A stretch of 64,000 nucleotides of DNA from the human T2T-CHM13v2.0 reference genome, Homo sapiens: the NCBI RefSeq assembly GCF_009914755.1, contig NC_060926.1. One strand, written 5' to 3'. Of this stretch, positions 28,504-39,399 are shown piece by piece (position 1 is the stretch's first letter; the number at the start of each line of letters is the position of its first letter). The position numbers and the translations under genes were made by a program. A model generated the notes under the pieces. It was not told the origin of the DNA, searched no databases, and worked only from the letters and a program-made list of their open reading frames with translations.

Positions 28504-30579
28504 AAGTCACATTGGTGGAAAATGCTCATAGAGCTCAATTCTAGGTGCTACGGAAACACAATAAATGTGTGCATGCATACACACCTACAAATACTCAAAC
28601 ATCTATAGTAGGCTGAATATAAGTCAAAGGGGAGCAGTTGATTTGTGCAATTGTCACTCCCCAACAAAAACAACAATAACAATATTCAGAAGACTTATCT
28701 GTACTTTTAGAATCACTATGCATACATATTTGGAGTACTGGTGTTAAAGATGTCAACGGAGCTTAAATAGGCATTCTGTAAGTTAGGCATCCCACTCTTT
28801 TCACATGTAGACTTGTTAAATCACTTGTCCCAGATGTTAAAACCATAGGTCCATGTCAAATTAATTCCCTTAGATAAATGACTAATCTTGAGTTAGCCTA
28901 ATTTCAGTACTGAGAGGTTAGGGAGCACACCAAATCAATTACTCTTTGTCTGGTTTCTAAACCATCGTTGAACATAACAAGCTTGCGCTCAGATTACCTT
29001 CTGCAGAATTTCTCAGAGCTAGTCATGTGTTAGTGTGCCTTCTGGCACCTGAGATGGAGACACATTTTATGCAATATTTCATAGATCCTTTTTTTTTTTT
29101 TTTTGACCATGGAAAGCTTTACTTCACCAAAGATATGAAAAGACAATTCTTTTCCAACCAAATTTTGAAAACTGTGATTTAGAAGTTTACAACGTTGGTG
29201 AATTTTTGGAGGTCTGTTTCTCACCTGTTTAATGAATATTTACTGTATCTTTCCTCAAAAAGTAGATACAATTATCCAGTAATTTGGGCATGGTAACCCA
29301 AATGGATTATTGAGAAGAAAAAACAAGTTTTGGGGGCATATACTTTTTAGAATGGTTATCTATTTAGTCTGTGTTCCCCAAAAGAGCATGGACTTTTACC
29401 TTGGCTCAGGGACACATTTGTTGAACATAAGCTAAATTCATAAATGTTATGTAAATTTAGTTTCTTTATAACAAAACTTTGGGATTTGGTTTTTAGCATA
29501 TTGGGTTCTTATTTTGTCTTCCAAATCTTTACATTCCTCAGGAAGGTATAATTGTATAAATTACTCTAGTTTATTGTTGACATGGTTGTTGATAATTTTA
29601 AAAAATGTAATCTATCAGGGTCTATAGATTTATGGGACCTGAAGGAATTCAATTTTGTGTTTAAATCTCTAATCTCATTAGTTGTTTTTCCTTTCCCCTG
29701 CCTGTAGTAGGGCAGTAGATATTTATCTTTTTAAGCAAAAGAATATTTAAATATTAATGATAGCAAAATCATCTCTGGGAAAATGATATAATAAGTGTTC
29801 TTAAATGTGTGGTAGAGTGAAAATAGGGTTAGAAGGTGGACATGACCTCTATTCCTCCGCACATGTCTGGTAGAATGTGAGGAAGAAAGAGGTAAGCTTT
29901 CATTTCATTCCCTTTTACAAAAGTACAACTGAGCAATTTCCCTACACCTTATATGTAAAATTATTGCTTTATAACTTTTACAAAACTAAATGCACAACTC
30001 ACAAAATTGGTAAAAATTGTATGTTGAATTTCCAAAGGTCATATGCTCATAAGCAAATGTAAGTTAATTGTCGAGTGGATTTCTTATTGTTCATTTTAGA
30101 TTAATGAATGTAAAATTAAATGAAATTTAGCACGTATGGGTGATAGGTCCCTCAATATAATACTAACTTTCCTTTAAATGATTCTTATCTCATTTTCCAA
30201 TCGTCTTTACTTACATAATGTTGCAGAGTGAAGGGAAGGGTGTTAAACATTTCAACATACGTTGATCGAAACATGATTAATATGATAGGCAGGGAGACTA
30301 CAAGGATGAAATATGGCCACAAAATAATAATTTAACTCTGACATTCAAAAAATGTCTACTCAACACTTTGGAAATGTTAGTTCATAAAGAGCATTTAATG
30401 TTATTTTTTATAGAGTTGGTATTCACAAAAACTTTTTCAAGTGATTATTTATTAAACTAAGTGGACTGTAATCTGAGAATAATAATATTATTTTGCTCTT
30501 ACTCCTTGCCATAACACTACTGAATATCTTTCACACATTAATTTTATTATTTGCTTTCATTTTTAAAAGGCACGGAAAT

Positions 30580-30910
30580 GACTGTGGAGCAGTGTAGAAC
30601 AGAGCTTAAATGCAGCCTTCAAATCCTACTTCCTCTTTTTACTAGTTGTGTGATCTTAGGCATATTATTTAACTTTTCTGTGTGTCAGTGTTTCCATCTG
30701 TAAAATGGGTGACTATCTCATAGGGCTAATTGTCAGAATTAATAAATTAATACCTGTAATTTGCTTAGAAGTGTGCTTGGAAAATAGTAAAACCTTCATA
30801 CATATCAAGATAGTTTTTAGGTGACTTGCCCAGCATGGCAGAAAGTAACATAGTTGGGATTTGAACATAGATTTGTCTGAATCTAGAACTCAGGATTTTA
30901 ACTGCAACAA
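30580..30910. mobile_element. Two adjacent MIRs (plus 30580-30800, minus 30815-30910)
   Basis: actagttgtgtgatcttaggc...ttccatctgtaaaatggg; gtgacttgccca...gggatttgaac. Confidence 0.7.
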
Positions 30911-32794
30911 CAAAAATAGTTTTTATTTCATAGAATGTATTTTATCTATATAAGTGAAGCAATAAAAGTAGTAAAGATTTAAAAGTAGTTTGTTAGAATT
31001 GTGTTTCTTTGCATTAAATTCAACAATAGCTTGCAATTGGCAATGGTTCTTAGAATCATTTCATATATAATTGCACTTTGTCTCTCAGAAGGCAAGCTGC
31101 TGGGCAGATTAAGGAACTAGAGTTCTAATGATTATTGTGTATTATTATTTATTGGAATCTAACACATTGCTCAGAATAGAGTACATATTCAATGGAGTCT
31201 TCTTTCTCATTTGCCTAAAACACCTGGTTCAGAAAATGATTCAAGACATTTCCTCGTCCTCATCATTTCTGTTAAGGTATGATTTCATTTTTAAAAGTTT
31301 AGGAAGTTCTCGACACTTCCTAGAAAGGTAAAAGTAAAAAAAAAAAAAATCTAAAAAAAAGATTTTCCTTTTTTAGAATAAATTTGCCAATGTTTTAGAA
31401 AATTGTTGCTATCCAAAATTAACTAACATGCTCTTTCAATATGTCTGTTTGATGATTTTCTAAAACAATATAAAATTTCATTTAGTATCTGTAGTTAAGA
31501 ACCATAATGTCACATATATATATTTTATAGCTTTCAATAATTGTGGGTAGCATTCACATGGATTCAAGCTAAGGACTATGATAGATATCAAATAGACACA
31601 TATCAATCCTTTATTATAGAGAAAACTTCCTTTTAAACATGCTGAAACTTTTAAAATAAGGATTCTGTTAGCAAAGAATATGCCGTCGATAAAACTTCCA
31701 AAGAAATTATCCTGGGAGAAAGTACATTTTTTTCCTAATCTTCAGCTGTGGTTTTGTTAACTCCTCTTCTGAAATAAATTAGACTGGCAACCACTTTTCT
31801 TTAATTGCATAAAGGAAATGATTCTTAATCTTGGTTTCACATTAGAACTTCATGGGATGGACTTAAATTACCCTTGTCTGGACCCCACTAACATTTAATT
31901 CCTCAGGGGTACAATGTGGGCATCACCTACCCTACGTGATTTTCATGTGCAATCAGAGTTGATAACCACGGCTCATATCAGGGAAATAAATCAATGGGAT
32001 AAGGGAGGCCATTTTCTCCTCAACAGTACCAAGTGCCTCTTGAATTTGTTTCCCTTGTATTACTTCACAGACCTTAAAACTACATTGAAAATTCTCTGGC
32101 ATACAATTTTCTTCCAATACCTTGTCATGAGACTTGAAAACGTCATGTAACTTTAAGATAAAAAATTGAAAGCGGTTCTTCATAGGCAGATCATGTCTGA
32201 TCAGAATACCAGGTGAACTGGATCCTAGGAAACCTTCACCTTCCAATGATTGAAGGTGGAGAAATCCTATAGCCTTTCTGGCTTTCAGATTCCTTACCAG
32301 CACCTTTGCCTAGTCTCAGGCCTTTTGTGTCATTTTTAACGTTCTTAAAATCTTTACTATTCTGTCAGGGACCACTCAGTGTCTCCCAGCTTTTAATCAC
32401 CTGATCAAGGGGATTTGGAATTTTTTTTTTTTTTTTTTTTTTTTTTAAGAATTGCCAATGATATCTTTTCCCTTGAAACATAATGACCTTTTCTGTGGGC
32501 CAAAATTTTCCAGGCTTCTGGAAGTGTACATTCCTACTCTTACTTTCATACAAACTCTCTCCCAACATTCAGAAATACTCTTCCCCATCGAATCCTCTAA
32601 AAAGTGCTTCCTCCTCTTGTTATTGTCACACCATAGACCAGGCCCACAGCTATCCAGACAGGTCTCATGATGTAGACAGAAGCCTCCAACCTGTGCTCCA
32701 TGCTATTTGGAATTATTTCAAATTTTTTCATCATACTTAACCACCATGAATTTGCTTCATACCTCAGCTAACTATAACAAGATCATTAACAGCC

Positions 32795-33109
32795 TTTTTT
32801 TTGTTTTTTTTTCCGGTGCAGTCTCACTCTGTCGTCCAGGCTGGAGTGCAGTGGCATGATCTCGGCTCAAAGCAATCTCTGCCTCCCAGCAATCTCCGCC
32901 TCCCAGGTTCAAGCGATTCTCCTGCCTCAGCCTCCCGAGTAGCTGGGATTACAGGCATGCACCGCCACACCTGGCTAATTTTTGTATTTTTAGTAGAGAC
33001 CGGGTTTCACTATGTTGGCCAGGAGGGTCTCGATCTCTTGACCTCATGGTCTGCCCTCCTCAGCCTCCCAAAGTGCTGGGATTACAGGCGTGAGCCACCG
33101 TGCCCGGCC
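32795..33109 (-). mobile_element. AluSc with internal 17-bp tandem duplication
   Basis: ggtctcgatctcttgacctc diagnostic; agcaatctc(t/c)gcctccc x2 at 32871-32904. Confidence 0.92.
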
Positions 33110-34699
33110 GCCATTTTGTTTATTTATTTATTATTTTTTTACGTAAGACTGCCAACACCTTCAATTTTCCTCTCAAAATATGATTTCTTTAAGATTTTCT
33201 AGATGTATAGTCATCACTAAATGCTTAAGAAGTCATGAAATAAAAGGGCAAGTAGCTTGACTGTCATGAATTTTCTTCCACAAATGTTGACATAGTATAT
33301 ACAAAATTAGCAGTAAGTCATTGTCTATTACTTATATTATGCTTCTTGGATTAGTTTTCAAGAGAAAAAACAGGAGCAGACATTTCTCATGAGGAGTGCA
33401 CACTTGAAATGCACTTGGCAGTAGGCAAACGAGAAGATAGTAGCTGATATCATATATGCATTGCATCTGTTCACAAACACTAGTGGCATCATTTATGTCA
33501 ACCTTTTACATATTGAAAATTGCAAAGACTCCTGCTGTGCTGTTTCTTTTGAGAAGCCGGCTGGTATATAGTGTTTAATTAAGTATTTTAAAGCCATCTT
33601 TTCGTAGGCCTGTTCCACTTTAGCAAAAGTTATGACAGCTTGTCTCTGTTAGTTTAAAAAAAGAAGGCATAGTTTATTCTCTCTCTCTCTTTCTAACTCT
33701 CTCACAAATATAGAATATTAGTATTTTTAAGTAAAATAGCCTATTTTAGAAATATAGAAATATGTTATTTTAATGTGCTCTCAATGTAAATAGGCATATA
33801 AAAGAATAATTTGATGGAAACAATCCCTTAGTATTGTAATTATTTTAATAATTATAGTGCACTATTGAAATAAAAACACATTTCCTCTTTCTCTGCCACT
33901 TTTTTGGTGTAATGGGACATTCAGAGCTTGAAAGAAACCACCACATAAGTAGTCATTTCATCTGTATCTGTTAAATGAATTGCTTTTCCCAGACATCTAA
34001 TTTATCCAGAGAACATCTCCTTGGTCAGTATTACAAATTGTTTTTATTTTCTTACACTTGCTTATTAATAATTTTCCATGTCATGTCTGTCATCAGAGAA
34101 GGAAGGTCACATTCAATATTTCTCCATTTCTCTTTTCTTTTTTCCCACTCATACTCTAGATTGAAAACTTAGCTAAGTAAAAACAATTGGTTCAAATCTT
34201 ATTTGAATTATGGACACATTATTCTCAGTAAAATAAATCTTGAGTTTAAATCCCATTATCTTGTGTAAATTTTTTTAATTCAATCTTGGCAAAACATGCA
34301 TATTTTAAAGATATGACCTATAATTTTTTCTCTTGACTTTTGTGTTTGGCAGGAGTTCACAGACTTTGCTAACAATTTTAACAGATATGCTTTAATTTAA
34401 TAACTACAATTTGGTAATTAGCTGGAGTCGCATTTCAAAATGCAATTGATATGATTTGGCTGGATTTATCTGTATTCTAGAAAATACAGGACAGTCGTAT
34501 AGATACTGGTGTTGTTACTCTGTTCATATTCACACTTTTACCTTGCATCATTCCTGAGACACAGAATTTTTGATATTCTGCCACAATCTATTCCCAAAAC
34601 ATCACTGATGACAAAACGATAATAATCTTTGGAAACATTTCCTCTCAAGTTCCAAAGTTTTCAGTCAGTAGAAAAAAAAGAAAGAAGACAAAATTTTAA

Positions 34700-35620
34700 A
34701 GGTGCTGAGAAAAGCCCAGGGCTCACAGCTGGTTTCAGCAACTTCAACTTGCGTAAGACCCCGTGTTTGTGAAAACAACCCAAGAATCTTTGAACAGGAT
34801 GTAATCAACCTCCGAACTGCTGAGAAATATTGCAAAAATGACTTCAGCTGCCAAAAATAATGTCGTTTACAAGCAGCTCTTCCTATGTCTAAGGAAGAAC
34901 TAGTCACACATGCGAGTTTTTGCTGGCTTGAGAACAAGCAAGGAAAAAGACAAATCCCACCTACCCTAGCCTAAAATACACAGTGAGTCTCAGAACCCCG
35001 CGGAAGCTGTGGCTCATTTCTAAAGGTGCTGGCAATATCGAGGAAGACTTGTATCCACAAAATTCCAAATGGTAAGTGACCCAGGACAGAGGGATTTTAT
35101 TTGGCAGCAAATCTGTGTTGCCACTTTCCTTCCGTTGCAAAGCTTCCCTGTCTTGTGGAGGCAGAGCTGTTAAATACCTCTTAGTCACTAGCTCCAACCT
35201 ATTTTTTTGTTTGTTTGTTTTTCTTTTCAAAATATTATCTGGCACCTTCCCTTAAAGGACATCAAGGGCTCTGGAGGAAATATTTGCAAATGATCCTTTA
35301 TAGAAGTTCCATCACAAAAGCCCGGCACCTACCTCTGTCAAGCTTTGGCTGCTCAGTCCGCATGGGCTGGATGTGAAAAAAGATCCCAGTATGATGCCTT
35401 CTCTAAATTTACCAGAAAGAAAGGACCTGGGATGCTTGTCCTTTAAGTGTCTCTAAACATGGTTTGCATAGCTGGATCTCAGCTTATCTGTGCCTTTCGG
35501 CTTTCGCTTCCATACATGGATCTGTTCCCAACAGTAACTCCAAGCTGTCGAAAAGAAGCTATCTGGCAGCTCTCTGCTTCATCCAACACATGGATGATAA
35601 AAATACACATATAGCGATTC
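34700..35620. promoter_or_regulatory. Candidate cis-regulatory element (repeat-free, CpG-retaining)
   Basis: 15 CpGs in 34741-35620, C/EBP-type ttgcgtaa at 34749, two cagctg E-boxes. Confidence 0.3.
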
Positions 35621-36624
35621 TTCCAGCCAGGCCCATTTCCCACCACATGATCCTGTCACTATGCTTTTTTTTTTTTTTTTTTTTTCCAAAACACTTTTGA
35701 GATTGGCATTTCTACTCTCCAAATATTTAGATCATAACCAATTTTTACCTGATTCCCACATAAAGCTTTTAGGGTGTGGGTTCGCCTAGCTTTATGAAAA
35801 CAGAGAGACAATTATGGTTCCTTACTAGAGTCTTCATCCTTAAAGATTCTAGTGACAGCATGTATATGGGACCTGTGAAATGTTTAATGAATGAATGAAT
35901 TTATAAACGAATGGCTGAACAGATGAATAACACTGTATGTGAATGAAAAACTACGTACTTTACATATTTACTTAACTGGGAATAGTGGTTAACATTTTGG
36001 ATTATTTGTCTTCAAGGAAAAGATAGCAGAGGGTAAAAGTTATCAATATCTCTAAGAGAGAAGAAGCTGTTATTTTAAACAGCTTCTCATATAGCGTATT
36101 GTGGCAGTTCCCATTAAACTACTTTCTAGAACATAGTTTAAGATTTGTAATTTTTTTAAAAAAATTAAAGAATGTAAATATGAATAGAATACTAATTTTT
36201 ACATTTGTTAATTGTCAAGGATAGTTTAAATGACAGATATCTGTGACCTAAATGTTAGATGGGGGATAAATTCTGCTCTGCGTGGTGGAGAAGTACTCCC
36301 TTAGGGGGTTGCTGAAGCTCTGCTTAACACCCCAGTTCTTTAGAAACTTCACTTCTCATTTTTAACATTTATTTCTCTCATTTTTTCCAACTTGTTAATC
36401 TTGTGCAACAAGAGGTCAAAATATAGAGAGAAAGAGAAGAGAGGATTTCAAAATAATAATTTTCCATTGATTTTTTTTCGAAATCATGTTAAAACCCTTG
36501 TAAGTTATTCTGTTTGAAGAAGCAAAAATAAATTAGAGGCATAGATACAGACATAACTCATTTTGGTGTGGCAGAAATGAAATGAGTTTTGTTAAAATAT
36601 TCAGGAGGGATAAAAGGAGGGAAT

Positions 36625-36740
36625 AGTCAAAACCAGGCTGGTAAAATGTTCATTGTTGCAGGTGGTTGATAGGTACATAGGGGTTCATTATATTATCCTA
36701 TTTATCGGTGTGTGTTTAAAATTTGTATTAAAAATTGAAG
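36625..36740 (+). mobile_element. L1ME/L1MC 3'-end fragment
   Basis: ggtaaaatgttcattgttg..gataggtacataggggttcattatattat. Confidence 0.6.
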
Positions 36741-37029
36741 GAAAAGAGAGAAAAGAGAACAACAAACAGATGTGTGAAAAAAAGACACGAAGTACAAAAC
36801 GGATGTATTAATGGCAAATGTGAGTATTCCTAGATTTGAGTAATTTTCCTGCCAAAGCATTTAGGTCAGAACAAGAAGGGATGAGACTGTGTTTTTTAAT
36901 TCAAAATATTCTGATATTCCAACCTCCTCCTTGGAACCTCCAATTATTCTATGTAATAATAATTTGTATCTAATGAAAATTAAGATATGATATTTAAAAA
37001 GCCAACCTAATGCAGCTCAGTGCTAGACA

Positions 37030-37215
37030 TGGTAGATGGGTGCTTACCCAGGAGCCATTCAATACCCTCTCTTCCCTTACTTTTTCTACTTTAGAAGTTC
37101 AAAAGCAAAACCTTTTTTCCTATTGTCCCTCACACCTGGAGATGACAAGGCAACATAATATTGTCCAAACAGATGTCAATAGGAGTTCCCTGGGTGGGAC
37201 TTCAGGAAAGCTCAT

Positions 37216-37246
<31 letters not shown>

Positions 37247-37498
37247 GGACAGGCTCAGCTTTTGCCCCTCTTGTTCCTGCACCCCTTCCACCTTTTTCCT
37301 TCCCAGAGAGTAAACTTGAAGCCTGAAATTGCAGCACTCATTTGGTGACCAGGAGTGGGCAAACAGAAGGACAAAGGCCTACAAGGTAAGGTAAATGGAG
37401 CAGATGGAAAGAACTGCAGTTCTTGCCAGTATTATTGAGTCACTACAGCAACAGTAAATTGTCCCTCTAAACTTTGTGTCATGTGAGAAAAATAAAAC
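37030..37498 (+). mobile_element. Old MaLR LTR (MLT1K/L-like) containing an A24 run
   Basis: gggacttcaggaaagct, gcctgaaattgcagca, gtcatgtgagaaaaataaa. Confidence 0.6.
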
Positions 37499-37519
37499 GA
37501 TAATTAATACAAAAAGTAG

Positions 37520-37730
37520 ATTCTACATTATGAACCCAGAAACCAAAAAGCTCTGCTCTGGATCTGACTCTGTTACTTACTACCTGAGTGACATTGATCA
37601 TGTCATAGAGTTCTATTCCCTCCTCTGTTACTCAAGAGAACACTTGACTTCTTTAGCCTAGAGTTATCCTATGAAATAATGCATGTTATATATCTTCATA
37701 CATGGTAAGAGAGTACATCAGTGGAAGATG
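37520..37730 (+). mobile_element. MIR
   Basis: tctgactctgttacttactacctgagtgacattg. Confidence 0.5.
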
Positions 37731-38067
37731 TTGCTTATTTAACATGCCAGGTGGTTGATACATAGGACACGCAGTGACTCCACAGTTAAATATAACAGTG
37801 CCCAGGAGTCTGCTTTCCGTTCAAAGAAGAATTTGCAGACACTTACTTTGACTGGCTTAATTTCAGACTTCTTGGGAATTCTGTTCTGAAGTTAGGAACT
37901 TCCAAGGTAGAGGACGTTTGTGTTTGTGTATTCCAAAATGTATTTGCCCATGTTGGGTCAGTCAGATTGAGTTGGCATGTTCTTGGTGAGGTATACAGTG
38001 GAAGTGGGCCAGTTTCCTGCTTCACCTAGGCTAGGCTTTCCTTTTTCCTAGAAAAATGAAAGGCTCA

Positions 38068-38103
38068 GGAAAGCAGCCATGCTAACTACTATACCACCAT
38101 CAC
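38068..38103 (-). pseudogene. Tailless retropseudogene of the 5' half of tRNA-Gly(TCC)
   Basis: Reverse complement gtgatggtggtatagtagttagcatggctgctttcc is 31/36 identical to tRNA-Gly-TCC nt 1-36, ending at the anticodon; TSD aaggctcagga at 38060-38070 and 38111-38121. Confidence 0.85.
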
Positions 38104-38409
38104 CACCAGGAAGGCTCAGGACACTCATTCCCAACTCTGGAGGATGCTGTGGGGTTCATGAGCAGGAAGAGATCTCCTGATAAAGAGGTTAAAGACCTAT
38201 CATATCTCCAAAGAAAGAGGTTAAATGATTTTCTGTGAGCTTCGTAAATGTGGAAGTCAGGATTTAATGTATTGACATTGATTTGCTTAACTCTGTGGGG
38301 AAGGATGTAGTCATCTTGGCATTCTATTTTGCCGTGGGTTAGAGGATGATTCTTTCAATGAAATAGACTCCACCTCCTCCTAGAAGTATGTACACCACTG
38401 TACATGCAA

Positions 38410-38690
38410 TCCACCTTTGCCTGCTGGAAGAACATATCCTCAGTCTTTTAAGATTCAGCTCAGTGTCTCTTCTTTCCTGAAATCTTTACTGACCTCACCA
38501 TCATGTATTCTGAAGTATATACAGCATATTGTTGTACATTCACCCCGTCTCCTCTTTGCATTTGGCCATTAGACTGTGAGTGCCAAAGGACAGGGGCTCT
38601 GTATTATTTGCTTTTGTATCATCAGCATCCATTATAGTGTCTGTCCTATAGAAAACAAACCTTAACATAAGACTGTTGAAGAACTAAATT
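38410..38690 (+). mobile_element. L2 3' end
   Basis: ttttaagattcagctcag...agactgtgagtgccaaaggacagggg. Confidence 0.65.
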
Positions 38691-39399
38691 CATTGCTAAG
38701 TGATTGAAAAATGTGATTGAAAAATGGGTAACTGGTTGTATCTCTCAACTAGTGACCATTAGCCTGGCAGCTTTCCCTGTTGCATAAGGCTTAAGAATCT
38801 CAAGTACCCCACTGCCCTGTGGGTAAAAACTGTCAACTAAAAGGAGACAGAAAACAGAGTGTGACAAAATATTAATATCATTCCAATTTAACTGAGCAGA
38901 TTATCTAAGGTTTCCAGTTATCCAAGGCAGAGGACCATTATATTAGGACAGATCATTTACAGTGGATATCAGACTCAGATTTTTAGTATGAAAGAGAGGG
39001 GCAAGTATTGTACTCTTTTAAAAGATTACAAATATTCAATCCTTGGCAATTTAATATTTGTCTTCCTTTGTCTAAGAATACGAGGGGAATCTTTGATGAA
39101 AGACTTGTTGAGGCATATGGCAAGTTTTGAAAGAATTTGAAGGTGAATAAGTAATGAAATATCTATTCCCTCTTTTAACATTAAAAACAATTGTATTTAA
39201 CCAATAAGGAAAAAAATTCAGGTAAAAAAATTCCATGCATATTTTTCTTTTTTAATTTAATTTCTACTAATATTATGACTCAGAGGCTGAATCCAGGATA
39301 AAGGTAATCTATCATCAGGGCTCTCTTTCAGGGCAGAAAGAGAACATATAAAGACTAGAAATGAAAAAAAGAGATTAAACAAGGCTTCCACTTCATCTC

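Noticed and set aside
36062-36087. 10-bp hairpin agaagctgtt/aacagcttct
   Set aside because: About one such stem is expected by chance in 64 kb; no supporting context
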